Positions 24,916 through 36,422 of a stretch of 64,000 nucleotides of DNA are shown here, in pieces. The notes beneath the pieces were generated by a model that was given only the letters and a program-made list of their open reading frames with translations, was not told where the DNA came from and made no database searches. The position numbers and the translations under genes were made by a program. The stretch is from the sequence record NC_028448.1, one strand, 5' to 3'. How positions within the stretch are numbered: position 1 is the first letter of the stretch; every line of letters starts with the position of its first letter. Source of the stretch: Escherichia phage slur14.

Positions 24916-25833
24916 TCAAAATTCATTAATGCTATTAGTTAATTTAGAAAGACCCGCTTTTACAAAATATGAATAAATTTTGCCACGCGGTGGTAATTTA
25001 TATGAATTATAGTAATTCACAATGTTTGAAGCAATATTATCAGGAATATAATCAAAATCAATTAGAACTAAATTTTCTTTATAACGATTATATTCAGATT
25101 CAGTGAGAAGCACCTTAGCTTGCTCACGGTCATTAGCAATAGCTTCAACAATAGAGGTTTTCATTGAAGGAGTTCGTTCACCTTCAACTCTAGTAAACCA
25201 AAAGTCAGATCGTACTTTAACTGAAGCAACGTTATCCTTTTTGTCGCCTTTAAGGATTTTAGTCATACAGTCAATTTCAGCAGAACCGCTTTTAATTTTA
25301 ACCCATTTCTTATGCATCGGTGACCATTGCTTAACATTTGGGTATTTGTGAAGCTGTGTAAAGTCACCATCCGATGAAATGATTAAAATCTTGTGTCCTT
25401 CTAAAGAGAACTTTTTAACAAGAACAGCAATGTGGTCATCTGCTTCATACTTATCAATATCCATAACAATGTATGGCATATAAGCTTTCAATTCATCTAT
25501 AACTTTATGGCTGGATTCAAAATAACCTTCCCAGTCCCAAGTAGATTCTTCTCGTGCTTTTCCACGGTTTTTCTTGTAATAGTAAGCAAAATCACGACGC
25601 CAGTATCCAGATTTCGCGTTATCAATACACAGTACAATTTTAGTGTATCCAAGCGTTTTTGCTTTTTTAACATTAAACTTAATTGAGTTCAATATCAAAT
25701 GACGAACCATTGATAAATTAATTTTTTCTTTATCTGGGAAGTTTACCAAAGCAGTTGAAAGCGCAATTTGACTAAAGTCAATTAAGCAGATTCCTTCTTT
25801 GTAATCTTCATCCAGCATCATTTCTAAATCCAT
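24916..25833 (-). CDS. rnh: RNase H (5'-3' exonuclease / flap endonuclease)
   Basis: 305 aa from ATG at 25831-25833 (MDLEMMLDEDYKEG...); track start is TTG. Confidence 0.95.
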   Translation of the reverse strand: MDLEMMLDEDYKEGICLIDFSQIALSTALVNFPDKEKINLSMVRHLILNSIKFNVKKAKTLGYTKIVLCIDNAKSGYWRRDFAYYYKKNRGKAREESTWDWEGYFESSHKVIDELKAYMPYIVMDIDKYEADDHIAVLVKKFSLEGHKILIISSDGDFTQLHKYPNVKQWSPMHKKWVKIKSGSAEIDCMTKILKGDKKDNVASVKVRSDFWFTRVEGERTPSMKTSIVEAIANDREQAKVLLTESEYNRYKENLVLIDFDYIPDNIASNIVNYYNSYKLPPRGKIYSYFVKAGLSKLTNSINEF

Positions 25834-25895
25834 ATGAACCTCGTTCAATTAGTGAGATTTCTATTATATACCATCCAAATCTTAAAGTAAACAAG

Positions 25896-25903
25896 TATAA
25901 ATA
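25896..25903 (+). promoter_or_regulatory. late promoter (TATAAATA) for gene 34
   Basis: Exact TATAAATA 35 nt upstream of gene 34 ATG. Confidence 0.8.
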
Positions 25904-25937
25904 CTTATTATTGAAAACACAATAGGAGCCCGGGAGA

Positions 25938-28900
25938 ATGGCCGAGATTAAAAGAAAGTTCAGAGCAGAAGATGGTCTGGACGCAGGTGGCGATAAAATA
26001 ATCAACGTAGCTTTAGCTGATCGTACCGTAGGAACTGACGGTGTTAACGTTGATTACTTAATTCAAGAAAACACAGTTCAACAATACGATCCAACTCGTG
26101 GATATTTAAAAGATTTTGTAATCATTTATGATAACCGCTTTTGGGCTGCTATAAATGATATTCCAAAACCGGCAGGAGCTTTTAATAGCGGACGCTGGAG
26201 AGCATTACGTACCGATGCTAACTGGATTACAGTCTCATCTGGTTCATATCAATTAAAATCCGGTGAAGCTATTTCGGTTAACACTGCAGCTGGTAATGAT
26301 ATTACATTTACTTTACCATCTACCCCAATTGACGGTGATACTATCGTTCTCCAAGATATTGGAGGAAAACCTGGAGTTAACCAAGTTTTAATTGTAGCTC
26401 CAGTGCAAAGTATTGTAAACTTTAGAGGTGAACAGGTACGTTCAGTACTAATGACTCATCCAAAGTCACAGCTAGTTTTAATTTTTAGTAATCGTCTGTG
26501 GCAAATGTATGTAGCTGATTATAGTAGAGAAGCTGTAGTTGTAACACCAGCGAATACTTATCAAGCGCAATCTAATGATTTTATCGTGCGTAGATTTACT
26601 TCTGCTGCACCAATTAATGTTAAACTTCCAAGATTTGCTAATCATGGCGATATTATTAATTTCGTCGATTTAGATAAACTGAATCCACTTTATCATACAA
26701 TTGTTACTACATACGATGAAACGACTTCAGTACAAGAAGTTGGAACTCATTCCATTGAAGGCCGTACATCGATTGACGGTTTCTTGATGTTTGATGATAA
26801 TGAGAAATTGTGGAGATTGTTTGACGGTGACAGTAAAGCGCGTTTACGCATTATAACGACTAATTCTAATATTCGTCCAAATGAAGAAGTCATGGTATTT
26901 GGTGCGAATAACGGAACAACTCAGACAATTGAACTTCAGCTTCCAACTAATATTTCTGTTGGTGATACTGTTAAAATTTCCATGAATTACATGAGAAAAG
27001 GACAAACAGTTAAAATCAAAGCTGCCGGTGAAGATAAAATTGCTTCTTCAGTTCAATTGCTGCAATTCCCAAAACGCTCAGAATATCTGCCTGAGGCTGA
27101 ATGGGTAACAGTTCAAGAATTAGTTTTTAATGGTGAAACTAATTATGTTCCAGTTTTACAACTTGCTTATATAGAAGATTCTGATGGAAAATACTGGGTT
27201 GTGCAACAAAATGTTCCAACTGTAGAAAGAGTTGATTCTTTAAATGATTCTACTAGAGCAAGATTAGGCGTAATTGCTTTAGCTACACAAGCTCAAGCTA
27301 ACGTCGATTTAGAAAATTCTCCACAAAAAGAATTAGCAATTACTCCAGAAACATTAGCTAACCGTACTGCTACAGAAACTCGTAGAGGTATCGCAAGAAT
27401 AGCAACTACTGCTCAAGTGAATCAGAACACCACATTCTCTTTTGCAGATGACCTTATCATTACTCCTAAAAAGCTGAATGAAAGAACTGCTACAGAAACT
27501 CGCAGAGGTGTTGCTGAAATTGCTACGCAGCAAGAAACTAATACAGGAACCGATGATACTACAATCATCACTCCTAAAAAGCTTCAAGCTCGTCAAGGTT
27601 CTGAATCATTATCTGGTATTGTAACTTTTGTATCTACTGCAGGTGCTACTCCAGCTTCTAGCCGTGAATTAAATGGTACAAATGTTTATAATAAAAACAC
27701 TAATAATTTAGTTGTTTCACCTAAAGCTTTGGATCAGTATAAAGCTACGCCTACTCAACAGGGTGCAGTAATTTTAGCAGTTGAAAGTGAAGTAATTGCT
27801 GGACAAAGTCAGCAAGGATGGGCAAATGCTGTTGTAACGCCAGAAACGTTACATAAAAAGACATCAACTGATGGAAGAATTGGTTTAATTGAAATTGCTA
27901 CGCAAAGTGAAGTTAATACAGGAACTGATTATACTCGTGCAGTCACTCCTAAAACTTTAAATGACCGTAGAGCAACTGAAAGTTTAAGTGGTATAGCTGA
28001 AATTGCTACACAAGTTGAATTCGACGCAGGCGTCGACGATACTCGTATCTCTACACCATTAAAAATTAAAACCAGATTTAATAGTACTGATCGTACTTCT
28101 GTTGTTGCTCTATCTGGATTAGTTGAATCAGGAACTCTCTGGGACCATTATACACTTAATATTCTTGAAGCAAATGAGACACAGCGCGGTACACTTCGTG
28201 TAGCTACACAAGTTGAAGCTGCTGCAGGAACATTAGATAATGTTTTAATAACTCCTAAAAAGCTTTTAGGTACTAAATCTACTGAAGCACAGGAAGGTGT
28301 TATTAAAGTTGCAACCCAGTCTGAAACTGTGACTGGAACGTCAGCGAACACTGCTGTATCTCCAAAAAATTTAAAATGGATTGTGCAGAGTGAACCTACT
28401 TGGGCAGCTACTACTGCGATAAGAGGTTTTGTTAAAACTTCATCTGGTTCAATTACATTCGTTGGTAATGATACAGTCGGTTCTACACAAGATTTAGAAC
28501 TGTATGAGAAAAATAGCTATGCAGTATCACCATATGAATTAAACCGTGTATTAGCAAATTATTTGCCGTTAAAAGCAAAAGCTGCTGATACAAATTTATT
28601 GGATGGTCTAGATTCATCTCAGTTCATTCGTAGGGATATTGCACAGACGGTTAATGGTTCACTAACCTTAACCCAACAAACGAATCTGAGTGCCCCTCTT
28701 GTATCATCTAGTACTGCTACGTTTGGTGGTTCAGTTTCGGCAAATAGTACATTAACTATTTCTAATACTGGAACGGCAACTCGTCTGATTTTTGAGAAAG
28801 GACCTCAGACTGGAACTAACCCAGCACAGACGATGACTATCAGAGTATGGGGAAATCAGTTTGGTGGCGGATCAGATACAACACGTTCTACTGTATTTGA

Positions 28901-29807
28901 AGTTGGTGATGAAACGTCTAATCATTTTTATTCTCAACGTAATAAAGATGGGAATATAGCGTTTAGCATTAATGGTACTGTAATGCCAATAAACATTAAT
29001 GCTTCCGGTTTGATGAATGTGAATGGTGTTGCAACATTCGGTCGTTCAGTTACAGCCAATGGTGAATTCATTAGCAAGTCTGCAAATGCTTTCAGAGCAA
29101 TAAATGGTGATTATGGATTCTTTATCAGGAATGATGGCGGTAGCACATATTTTATGCTTACTGCATCTGGTGATCAGACTGGCGGATTTAATGGATTACG
29201 TCCATTATCAATTAATAATGCATCTGGCCAAGTAACGATTGGTGAAAGCTTAATCATTGCCAAAGGTGCTACTATAAATTCAGGTGGTTTGACTGTTAAC
29301 TCGAGAATTCGTTCTCAGGGTACTAAAACATCTGATTTATACACCCGTGCACCAACATCTGATACTGTAGGATTCTGGTCAATTGATATTAACGATTCAG
29401 CCACTTATAACCAGTTTCCGGGTTATTTTAAAATGGTTGAAAAAACTAATGAAGTGACTGGGCTTCCATACTTAGAACGTGGAGAAGAAGTTAAATCTCC
29501 TGGTACACTGACTCAGTTTGGTAACACACTTGATTCGCTTTACCAAGATTGGATTACTTATCCAACGACGCCAGAAGCGCGTACCACTCGCTGGACACGT
29601 ACATGGCAGAAAACCAAAAACTCTTGGTCAAGTTTTGTTCAGGTATTTGACGGAGGTAACCCTCCTCAACCGTCTGATATCGGTGCTTTACCATCTGATA
29701 ATGCTACAATGGGAAATCTTACTATTCGTGATTTCTTACGAATTGGTAATGTTCGCATTATTCCTGACCCAGTGAATAAAACTGTTAAATTTGAATGGGT
29801 TGAATAA
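25938..29807 (+). CDS. 34: long tail fibre proximal subunit gp34
   Basis: 1289 aa; late promoter TATAAATA 35 nt upstream. Confidence 0.97.
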   Translation: MAEIKRKFRAEDGLDAGGDKIINVALADRTVGTDGVNVDYLIQENTVQQYDPTRGYLKDFVIIYDNRFWAAINDIPKPAGAFNSGRWRALRTDANWITVSSGSYQLKSGEAISVNTAAGNDITFTLPSTPIDGDTIVLQDIGGKPGVNQVLIVAPVQSIVNFRGEQVRSVLMTHPKSQLVLIFSNRLWQMYVADYSREAVVVTPANTYQAQSNDFIVRRFTSAAPINVKLPRFANHGDIINFVDLDKLNPLYHTIVTTYDETTSVQEVGTHSIEGRTSIDGFLMFDDNEKLWRLFDGDSKARLRIITTNSNIRPNEEVMVFGANNGTTQTIELQLPTNISVGDTVKISMNYMRKGQTVKIKAAGEDKIASSVQLLQFPKRSEYLPEAEWVTVQELVFNGETNYVPVLQLAYIEDSDGKYWVVQQNVPTVERVDSLNDSTRARLGVIALATQAQANVDLENSPQKELAITPETLANRTATETRRGIARIATTAQVNQNTTFSFADDLIITPKKLNERTATETRRGVAEIATQQETNTGTDDTTIITPKKLQARQGSESLSGIVTFVSTAGATPASSRELNGTNVYNKNTNNLVVSPKALDQYKATPTQQGAVILAVESEVIAGQSQQGWANAVVTPETLHKKTSTDGRIGLIEIATQSEVNTGTDYTRAVTPKTLNDRRATESLSGIAEIATQVEFDAGVDDTRISTPLKIKTRFNSTDRTSVVALSGLVESGTLWDHYTLNILEANETQRGTLRVATQVEAAAGTLDNVLITPKKLLGTKSTEAQEGVIKVATQSETVTGTSANTAVSPKNLKWIVQSEPTWAATTAIRGFVKTSSGSITFVGNDTVGSTQDLELYEKNSYAVSPYELNRVLANYLPLKAKAADTNLLDGLDSSQFIRRDIAQTVNGSLTLTQQTNLSAPLVSSSTATFGGSVSANSTLTISNTGTATRLIFEKGPQTGTNPAQTMTIRVWGNQFGGGSDTTRSTVFEVGDETSNHFYSQRNKDGNIAFSINGTVMPININASGLMNVNGVATFGRSVTANGEFISKSANAFRAINGDYGFFIRNDGGSTYFMLTASGDQTGGFNGLRPLSINNASGQVTIGESLIIAKGATINSGGLTVNSRIRSQGTKTSDLYTRAPTSDTVGFWSIDINDSATYNQFPGYFKMVEKTNEVTGLPYLERGEEVKSPGTLTQFGNTLDSLYQDWITYPTTPEARTTRWTRTWQKTKNSWSSFVQVFDGGNPPQPSDIGALPSDNATMGNLTIRDFLRIGNVRIIPDPVNKTVKFEWVE

Positions 29808-29815
29808 GAGGTATT

Positions 29816-30934
29816 ATGGAAAAATTTATGGCAGAGTTTGGACAAGGATATGTCCAAACGCCATTTTTATCGGAAAGCAATTCAGTAAGATATAAAATAA
29901 GTATAGCGGGTTCTTGCCCGCTTTCTACTGCAGAAGGACCATACGTTAAATTTCAGGATAATCCTGTTGGAAGTCAAACATTTAGCGCAGGACTTCATTT
30001 AAGAGTTTTTGACCCTTCTACAGGAGCATTAGTTGATAGTAAGTCATATGCTTTTTCGACTTCAAATGATACTACATCAGCTGCTTTTGTTAGTTTCATG
30101 AATTCTTTTTCAAACAACAGACTTGTTGCTATATTAACCAGTGGAAAGGTTAATTTTCCTCCTGAGGTAGTATCTTGGCTAAGAACCGCTGGAACGTCTG
30201 CTTTTCCATCTGACTCTGTACTGTCAAGATTCGACGTATCATATGCTGCTTTTTATACTTCTTCTAAAAGAGCTATTGCATTAGAGCATGTTAAACTGAG
30301 TAATAGAAAAAGCACAGATGATTATCAAACTATTTTAGATGTTGTATTTGACAGTTTAGAAGACGTCGGAGCTACCGGCTTTCCAAGAAGAACGTATGAA
30401 AGCGTTGAGCAATTTATGTCAGCGGTTGGTGGAACTAATAACGAAATTGCGCGTCTACCAACTTCGGCTGCAATAAGTAAACTCTCTGATTATAATTTAA
30501 TTCCTGGTGATGTTCTTTATCTTAAAACACAGCTATACGCCGATGCTGATTTACTTGCTCTTGGAACTACAAATATATCTATCCGTTTTTATAATGCATC
30601 AAATGGATATATTTCCTCGACACAAGCTGAATTTACTGGGCAAGCTGGGTCATGGGAATTAAAGGAAGATTATGTAGTTGTTCCAGAAAACGCAGTAGGA
30701 TTTACGATATATGCACAGAGAACTGCTAAAGCTGGCCAAGGTGGCATGAGAAATTTAAGCTTTTCTGAAGTATCAAGAAATGGCGGCATTTCAAAACCTG
30801 CTGAATTTGGCGTCAATGGTATTCGTGTTAATTATATCTGCGAATCTGCTTCACCTCCGGATATAATGGTACTTCCTACACAAGCATCGTCTAAAACTGG
30901 TAAAGTGTTTGGGCAAGAATTTAGAGAAGTATAA
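29816..30934 (+). CDS. 35: long tail fibre hinge protein gp35
   Basis: 372 aa, MEKFMAEFGQGYVQTPFLSESNSVRYKISIAGSCPLS... Confidence 0.95.
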   Translation: MEKFMAEFGQGYVQTPFLSESNSVRYKISIAGSCPLSTAEGPYVKFQDNPVGSQTFSAGLHLRVFDPSTGALVDSKSYAFSTSNDTTSAAFVSFMNSFSNNRLVAILTSGKVNFPPEVVSWLRTAGTSAFPSDSVLSRFDVSYAAFYTSSKRAIALEHVKLSNRKSTDDYQTILDVVFDSLEDVGATGFPRRTYESVEQFMSAVGGTNNEIARLPTSAAISKLSDYNLIPGDVLYLKTQLYADADLLALGTTNISIRFYNASNGYISSTQAEFTGQAGSWELKEDYVVVPENAVGFTIYAQRTAKAGQGGMRNLSFSEVSRNGGISKPAEFGVNGIRVNYICESASPPDIMVLPTQASSKTGKVFGQEFREV

Positions 30935-30939
30935 ATTGA

Positions 30940-30963
30940 GGGAGCCTTCGGGTTCCCTTTTTC
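30940..30963 (+). terminator. intrinsic terminator after gene 35
   Basis: GGGAGCC-TTCG-GGTTCCC hairpin followed by TTTTTC. Confidence 0.7.
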
Positions 30964-30965
30964 TT

Positions 30966-30973
30966 TATAAATA
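30966..30973 (+). promoter_or_regulatory. late promoter (TATAAATA) for gene 36
   Basis: Exact TATAAATA 24 nt upstream of gene 36 ATG, just after the gene 35 terminator. Confidence 0.8.
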
Positions 30974-30996
30974 CTATTAAAATAAAGGGGCATACA

Positions 30997-31659
30997 ATGG
31001 CTGATTTAAAAGTAGGTTCAACAACCGGAGGCTCTGTCATTTGGCATCAAGGAAATTTTCCATTGAATCCAGCCGGTGACGATGTACTCTATAAATCATT
31101 TAAAATATATTCAGAATATAATAAACCACAAGCTGCTGATAACGATTTCGTTTCTAAAGCTAATGGTGGTACTTACGCTGCGACTGTTCGATTTAATGGA
31201 GGCGTACATGTTCCTACTATAGGTAGTAATCAACAGTGCGGTGTTTATCCAGGTAACGGTGATGCAGCTACTTTTGCTATGGCAAATATTGACATCGTTT
31301 CGTGGAATGGTATTGGTTTTAAATCATCACAAGGTTCAGCAGACCGAACTGTTGTAATTAATGCACGTAATGGTGATATTAGTACAAAAGGCATTGTGAC
31401 AGCAGTAGGTCAAATAAGAAGTAATGCAGTTTCTCCTGTATCAGCAAATGACCTTACTAGAAAGGACTATGTTGATGGAGCAATAAATACTGTTACAGCA
31501 AATGCGAACTCTAGAGTGTTGCGTTCTGGTGACACTATGACAGGTAATTTAACGGCGCCAAACTTTTTCTCGCAGAATCCCGCATCTCAACCTTCACATG
31601 TTCCACGATTTGACCAAATCGTAATTAAGGATTCTGTTCAAGATTTCGGCTATTATTAA
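30997..31659 (+). CDS. 36: long tail fibre distal connector gp36
   Basis: 220 aa; own TATAAATA late promoter at 30966-30973. Confidence 0.95.
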   Translation: MADLKVGSTTGGSVIWHQGNFPLNPAGDDVLYKSFKIYSEYNKPQAADNDFVSKANGGTYAATVRFNGGVHVPTIGSNQQCGVYPGNGDAATFAMANIDIVSWNGIGFKSSQGSADRTVVINARNGDISTKGIVTAVGQIRSNAVSPVSANDLTRKDYVDGAINTVTANANSRVLRSGDTMTGNLTAPNFFSQNPASQPSHVPRFDQIVIKDSVQDFGYY

Positions 31660-31667
31660 GAGGACTT

Positions 31668-34600
31668 ATGGCTACTTTAAAACAAATACAATTTAAAAGA
31701 AGCAAAACCGCAGGTGCACGTCCTGCTGCTTCAGTATTAGCCGAAGGTGAATTGGCTATAAACTTAAAAGATAGAACAATTTTTACTAAAGATGATTCAG
31801 GAAATATCATTGATTTAGGTATTGCTAAAGGCGGTCAAATTGATGGAAATGTAACTATCAATGGTCTTTTGAGATTAAATGGCGATTATGTACAAACGGG
31901 TGGAATGACTGTAAATGGACCTATTGGTTCTACTGATGGCGTAACAGCAAAAGTTTTCAGATCTACACAGGGTTCATTTTATGCAAGAGCAACAAACGAT
32001 ACTGCAAATGCCCATCTTTGGTTTGAAAATACAAATGGCTCAGAACGTGGCGTTTTATATTCAAAACCGCAGTCTGAAAATGAAGGCGTAATTACAATGC
32101 GTGTTCGTCAAGGAACCGCTGCGGGAGCTCAAAATTCAGAATTTCATTTCATTTCTACTGATGGTGGTATCTTCCAGGCACGCAAATTAACTGCTTTAAC
32201 TTCTATTAGTACACCAACTATTAGTGTTAATTTAATTAATCATGATTCTAAAGCCTTTGGACAATACGATTCACAATCATTGGTTCAGTATGTTTATCCT
32301 GGAACTGGTGAAACAAACGGTGTAAACTATCTTCGTAAAGTTCGATCTAAGTCAGGCGGAACTATTTACCATGAAATTTGTACAGCTCAGACTGGACTGG
32401 CAGATGAAATGTCATGGTGGACTGGTAATACACCGTTATTTAAACTATATGGTATTCGTAACGACGGTAGAATGATTATTCGCAATAGCTTGGCCATTGG
32501 TACTGTGACGCAAGGGTTTCCGTCAAGCGATTATGGAAATGCTGGGGCACTAGGAAATATATTTCTTGCTTTAGGCGATAATGGAACTGGTCTAGTTTAT
32601 AGAAAAACTGGTGTATTTGATTTCGTTGGTTCTGGTTTATCTTTGGCATCTATCACACCTGATAGTTTCCGTAGTACTCGTAAAGCAATATTTGGACGCT
32701 CAGAAGACCAAGGTACAACATGGATTATGCCTGGAACGAACGCTGCATTTTTATCAGTTCAAACACAAGCTGATGAAAACACTGCTGGAGACGGTCAGAC
32801 ACATATTGGCTATAACTCAGGCGGAAAAATGAACCACTATTTCCGTGGTAAAGGCAAAACTAATATTAATACTCAAGAAGGCATGGAAGTTAACCCGGGT
32901 ATTTTGAAATTGGTAACTGGCTCTAATAACGTACAGTTTTATGCCGACGGAACAGTATCTTCAATACAAAGAATTAAATTTGATAACGGATTAGTTCTTA
33001 CTGGTGCTAGACCCGACGGTATTCAACTTGACGCTCCTACAACAACAGATGGCACTAAAACTATATTGTGGGCCGCCGGTACTCGCCCAGGTCAGAATAA
33101 AAGTTATCTATCTATCAAAGCATGGGGTAATGCCTTTAATGCATCTGGCAATCGTGCTCGTGAAACAGTTTTTCAAGTATCAGATGGACAAGGTTACCAT
33201 TTTTATTCTCAACGAGTTGCTCCCGGATCAGGTTCTACCGTCGGACCTATTCAATTTCGAGTTAATGGTGGTTTATTAACTTCTGGTGGTATTACATCAT
33301 CTGGTTCTATTGTTACTGAATCAAGTTTAGTTGCAAATAATGGATTATCTGTAAATGGTCAGGCTAAATTCGGTGGAACAGCAGATGCGTTGAGAATTTG
33401 GAATGCTGAATACGGCGCTATTTTCCGTCGTTCAGAAACTAGCTTTTATATTATTCCTACTCTTAAAGACGCTGGTAAAAGTGGTGGAATAAGTAATTTA
33501 CGCCCATTTACCATCAATCTTGCAAATGGCAGTGTTATGATTGGTAATCATACACAAGCTGGAAAAAATTTGCTTACTATTGATAATGTATCAAAATTCG
33601 TTCAGACTGATGTTAGACTTCGTGTTAACATGGATTCTGACGGTATTGTGCTCAACGCATCATCTCAAGCATCATCTAACTTTATTCAAGGACGTAAAGC
33701 AGATGTAACAAAATGGTATTTAGGTATTGGCGATGGTGGTAATGTTGTTCGTATGCATAATTACACTTACTCCCACGGCATTGCATTGAATGCTGATACA
33801 GTCGATATTACTAAGCCTCTTAAAATTAATAATATTCGAATTGGTACTGACGGTAACATCACAGGTGGTTCTGGTAATTTTGCTAACTTGAATACCACAA
33901 TAAATAACCTTAAGACGGATATTGTCTCAAGTTATCCTATTGGTGCTCCGATTCCTTGGCCTACTGATACACCTCCTGAAGGTTATGCCATAATGGAAGG
34001 TCAAACATTTGATGCTGACTTGTATCCTAAGTTAGCTGCGGTGTATCCTTCCGGCACTCTGCCTGATATGCGTGGTCAAACTATCAAGGGTAAACCATCC
34101 GGGCGTGCTGTATTGAGTACAGAAGCAGACGGTGTTAAGTCACATAGCCATAGTGCAAGTGCATCAAGCACAGATTTGGGTACTAAGACCACTTCTAGTT
34201 TTGATTACGGTAGCAAAACGACTTCAAGCTTTGATTATGGTACTAAGACCAGTAATACCACTGGTAACCATAGCCATACAGTGAGTGGTAATACTAGTTC
34301 CGCTGGTGCGCACCAACACTCACAAACCGGTCCAAGGGGTACTAATAATCAACCCACAGGAATATATCCTAATGGATCTACTCGAATTAGCGGAACCCTG
34401 GTTGTTGGTTTTGGCCTAAGCAACGGTGTTGTGCCTGGTACAAGCCAATATATTGCAAAGTCGTCAACAGAAGGTAACCATACCCATACTTGGTCTGGTA
34501 CTACTAGCTCTACGGGTAACCACGCGCATACTGTAGGTATCGGTGCCCATAGCCATTCGGTCGGTATTGGTGCTCATACCCACACGGTAGCTATTGGTTC

Positions 34601-34691
34601 GCACGGACATACTATCACTGTAAATAGTACAGGTAATACAGAAAACACGGTTAAAAACATTGCTTTTAACTATATCGTTCGTTTAGCATAA
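31668..34691 (+). CDS. 37: long tail fibre distal subunit gp37 (receptor-binding)
   Basis: 1007 aa; C-terminal His-box repeats (GNHSHT, GNHTHT, GAHSHS, GAHTHT, GSHGHT). Confidence 0.95.
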   Translation: MATLKQIQFKRSKTAGARPAASVLAEGELAINLKDRTIFTKDDSGNIIDLGIAKGGQIDGNVTINGLLRLNGDYVQTGGMTVNGPIGSTDGVTAKVFRSTQGSFYARATNDTANAHLWFENTNGSERGVLYSKPQSENEGVITMRVRQGTAAGAQNSEFHFISTDGGIFQARKLTALTSISTPTISVNLINHDSKAFGQYDSQSLVQYVYPGTGETNGVNYLRKVRSKSGGTIYHEICTAQTGLADEMSWWTGNTPLFKLYGIRNDGRMIIRNSLAIGTVTQGFPSSDYGNAGALGNIFLALGDNGTGLVYRKTGVFDFVGSGLSLASITPDSFRSTRKAIFGRSEDQGTTWIMPGTNAAFLSVQTQADENTAGDGQTHIGYNSGGKMNHYFRGKGKTNINTQEGMEVNPGILKLVTGSNNVQFYADGTVSSIQRIKFDNGLVLTGARPDGIQLDAPTTTDGTKTILWAAGTRPGQNKSYLSIKAWGNAFNASGNRARETVFQVSDGQGYHFYSQRVAPGSGSTVGPIQFRVNGGLLTSGGITSSGSIVTESSLVANNGLSVNGQAKFGGTADALRIWNAEYGAIFRRSETSFYIIPTLKDAGKSGGISNLRPFTINLANGSVMIGNHTQAGKNLLTIDNVSKFVQTDVRLRVNMDSDGIVLNASSQASSNFIQGRKADVTKWYLGIGDGGNVVRMHNYTYSHGIALNADTVDITKPLKINNIRIGTDGNITGGSGNFANLNTTINNLKTDIVSSYPIGAPIPWPTDTPPEGYAIMEGQTFDADLYPKLAAVYPSGTLPDMRGQTIKGKPSGRAVLSTEADGVKSHSHSASASSTDLGTKTTSSFDYGSKTTSSFDYGTKTSNTTGNHSHTVSGNTSSAGAHQHSQTGPRGTNNQPTGIYPNGSTRISGTLVVGFGLSNGVVPGTSQYIAKSSTEGNHTHTWSGTTSSTGNHAHTVGIGAHSHSVGIGAHTHTVAIGSHGHTITVNSTGNTENTVKNIAFNYIVRLA
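34186..34252 (+). repeat. tandem direct repeat inside gene 37
   Basis: Two adjacent ~33-nt units encoding (T/S)KTTSSFDYG. Confidence 0.6.
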
Positions 34692-34696
34692 GGAGA

Positions 34697-34716
34697 GGGG
34701 CTTCGGCCCCTTTTTA
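34697..34716 (+). terminator. hairpin after gene 37 (attenuator/terminator)
   Basis: GGGGC-TTCG-GCCCC followed by TTTTT, just before gene 38. Confidence 0.55.
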
Positions 34717-34720
34717 TAAT

Positions 34721-35272
34721 ATGAAACTCTATCATTATTATTTTGACACTAAAGAATTTTACAAAGAAGAAAATTATAAACCATTAAAAGGCGTAGGATT
34801 TCCGGCTCATTCAACACCAAAAAAACCTTTAGACCCTAAAGAAGGTTACGCTGTTGTATTTGACGAACGTGAACAAGAATGGGTATATATTGAAGACCAT
34901 CGTGGAAAAACAGTATGGACTTATGATAAGCAAAAAATTGTTATTGACACTCCAGGTGCTCTTCAAAATGTTACTACAGAAGAACCTGGTGAATTTGACA
35001 TTTGGACCGACGACGGGTGGAAGGAAGATGAAGCATATAAACGCGTAGTTCAACGTGATAAGAAAATTCATGAACTCTATAAATTATTCAGTGTTTTAAG
35101 TTCTCTTATTGACGCAGAGGTTGCTAATAGAGAAGAAAAACGAAAATTTAAAGAGCTCAAAAAATTCTTTGCCCTTTTAGAAAAACATGAACATCTTGGC
35201 GGCGAATTCCCTAAATTCCCTGACCTTGAAAACAAATCTATTATCAAAGCGATTATAAATATCTTTAAGTAA
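34721..35272 (+). CDS. 38: tail fibre assembly chaperone gp38 (T4-type, 183 aa)
   Basis: 183 aa immediately downstream of 37. Confidence 0.9.
   Translation: MKLYHYYFDTKEFYKEENYKPLKGVGFPAHSTPKKPLDPKEGYAVVFDEREQEWVYIEDHRGKTVWTYDKQKIVIDTPGALQNVTTEEPGEFDIWTDDGWKEDEAYKRVVQRDKKIHELYKLFSVLSSLIDAEVANREEKRKFKELKKFFALLEKHEHLGGEFPKFPDLENKSIIKAIINIFK
35254..35261 (+). promoter_or_regulatory. late promoter (TATAAATA) for holin t
   Basis: Exact TATAAATA 21 nt upstream of t ATG. Confidence 0.75.
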
Positions 35273-35281
35273 GGAGGTATT

Positions 35282-35941
35282 ATGGCAACACCAAAAGTGT
35301 CATTTTCGCCTAGTGATATTCTATTTGGGTTGCTAGATCGTATTTTCAAAGATAACGCTACTGGAAAGGTTTTAATGTCCCGAGTAGCGGTAATTATTCT
35401 TTTGTTCCTAATGGCACTAATATGGTACAAAGGAAGTATTTTGCTGGATTATTATGTAAGAGCTAAGTATGATACTTATACTGAAATAATCCAAAAAGAA
35501 CGAGCTTTACGTTTTGAATCTGCGGCTCTAGAACAACTGCAAATAGTTCATATCTCATCTGGTGCAGATTTTAGTGCTGTGTATTCTTTCAGACCTAAAA
35601 ACTTAAATTATTTTGTCGACCTTATAGCTTATGAAGGCAAACTACCTAGCACAATTTCTGAAAAGTCCCTTGGTGGATTCCCGGTGGATAAAACGGCTAA
35701 TGAATATATAATTCATTTAAGTGGCCGTCATTTCTCATCTAAATCAGAATTTGCATTTTTGCCTACAAAATCTAAGACTGCCGAACTTTCTTATATGTAT
35801 AGTTGTCCATACTTTAATTTGGATAACATCTATGCTGGAACTGTGACGATGTATTGGTATAAGGGGAATAATATACTTGAGGAAGATCGCTTAGCGGCTA
35901 TATGCAACCAAGCGGTCCGAATACTAGGAAGGGCTAAATAA
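35282..35941 (+). CDS. t: holin t
   Basis: 219 aa; single N-terminal TM (VAVIILLFLMALIWY) with large periplasmic domain; TATAAATA late promoter at 35254-35261. Confidence 0.95.
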   Translation: MATPKVSFSPSDILFGLLDRIFKDNATGKVLMSRVAVIILLFLMALIWYKGSILLDYYVRAKYDTYTEIIQKERALRFESAALEQLQIVHISSGADFSAVYSFRPKNLNYFVDLIAYEGKLPSTISEKSLGGFPVDKTANEYIIHLSGRHFSSKSEFAFLPTKSKTAELSYMYSCPYFNLDNIYAGTVTMYWYKGNNILEEDRLAAICNQAVRILGRAK

Positions 35942-36214
35942 TTAGTTGTTAGAATACATCGCTAAATGACGATAAATATTTTCAAAACCTTCATTGAATT
36001 CACTAATCAGTGTTTTCTTTTCTTCGGCAGTTAAATTTGTAATTAGTTTTCTGAACGAATTCTGATTTAGCTGCCGACCATCTTTTTTAATTCCAATCTC
36101 ATTCAAGAATCCGATGAAACTTGCTCGGTCTTCAACAATATCTTCCCTAGAGAATTTAATCAAAATAGAAGCAATAGTAATAATTTCGCGTACGATTTCA
36201 ATGTCTTTATTCAT
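35942..36214 (-). CDS. asiA: anti-sigma70 factor AsiA
   Basis: 90 aa, MNKDIEIVREIITIASILIKFSREDIVEDRASFIGFLNEIG...; convergent with t. Confidence 0.9.
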   Translation of the reverse strand: MNKDIEIVREIITIASILIKFSREDIVEDRASFIGFLNEIGIKKDGRQLNQNSFRKLITNLTAEEKKTLISEFNEGFENIYRHLAMYSNN

Positions 36215-36260
36215 AACGTTTTATTCATTCCACTTAGTTGATATGGATATAGTACCATTA

Positions 36261-36422
36261 TCAGTGTTGATTGTAAACGGCTTTTTCTACGCTTTTAACG
36301 TAATCAATGTAGTCTTCCTGTTCATACGAGTGTAAGGCCAAGAATGGAACTAATAGTTCATTATAGACTAAAGCCTCACGCTCACGTTCGGCCTCTACTA
36401 CGTTCTGAAGATTATGACTCAT
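36261..36422 (-). CDS. hypothetical small protein
   Basis: 53 aa from ATG at 36420-36422 (MSHNLQNVVEAE...). Confidence 0.4.
   Translation of the reverse strand: MSHNLQNVVEAEREREALVYNELLVPFLALHSYEQEDYIDYVKSVEKAVYNQH

Noticed and set aside
27354-27596. Minus-strand ORFs inside tail-fibre genes 34 and 37 (also 28148-28351)
   Set aside because: Antisense to long, well-supported late genes; no translation signals.
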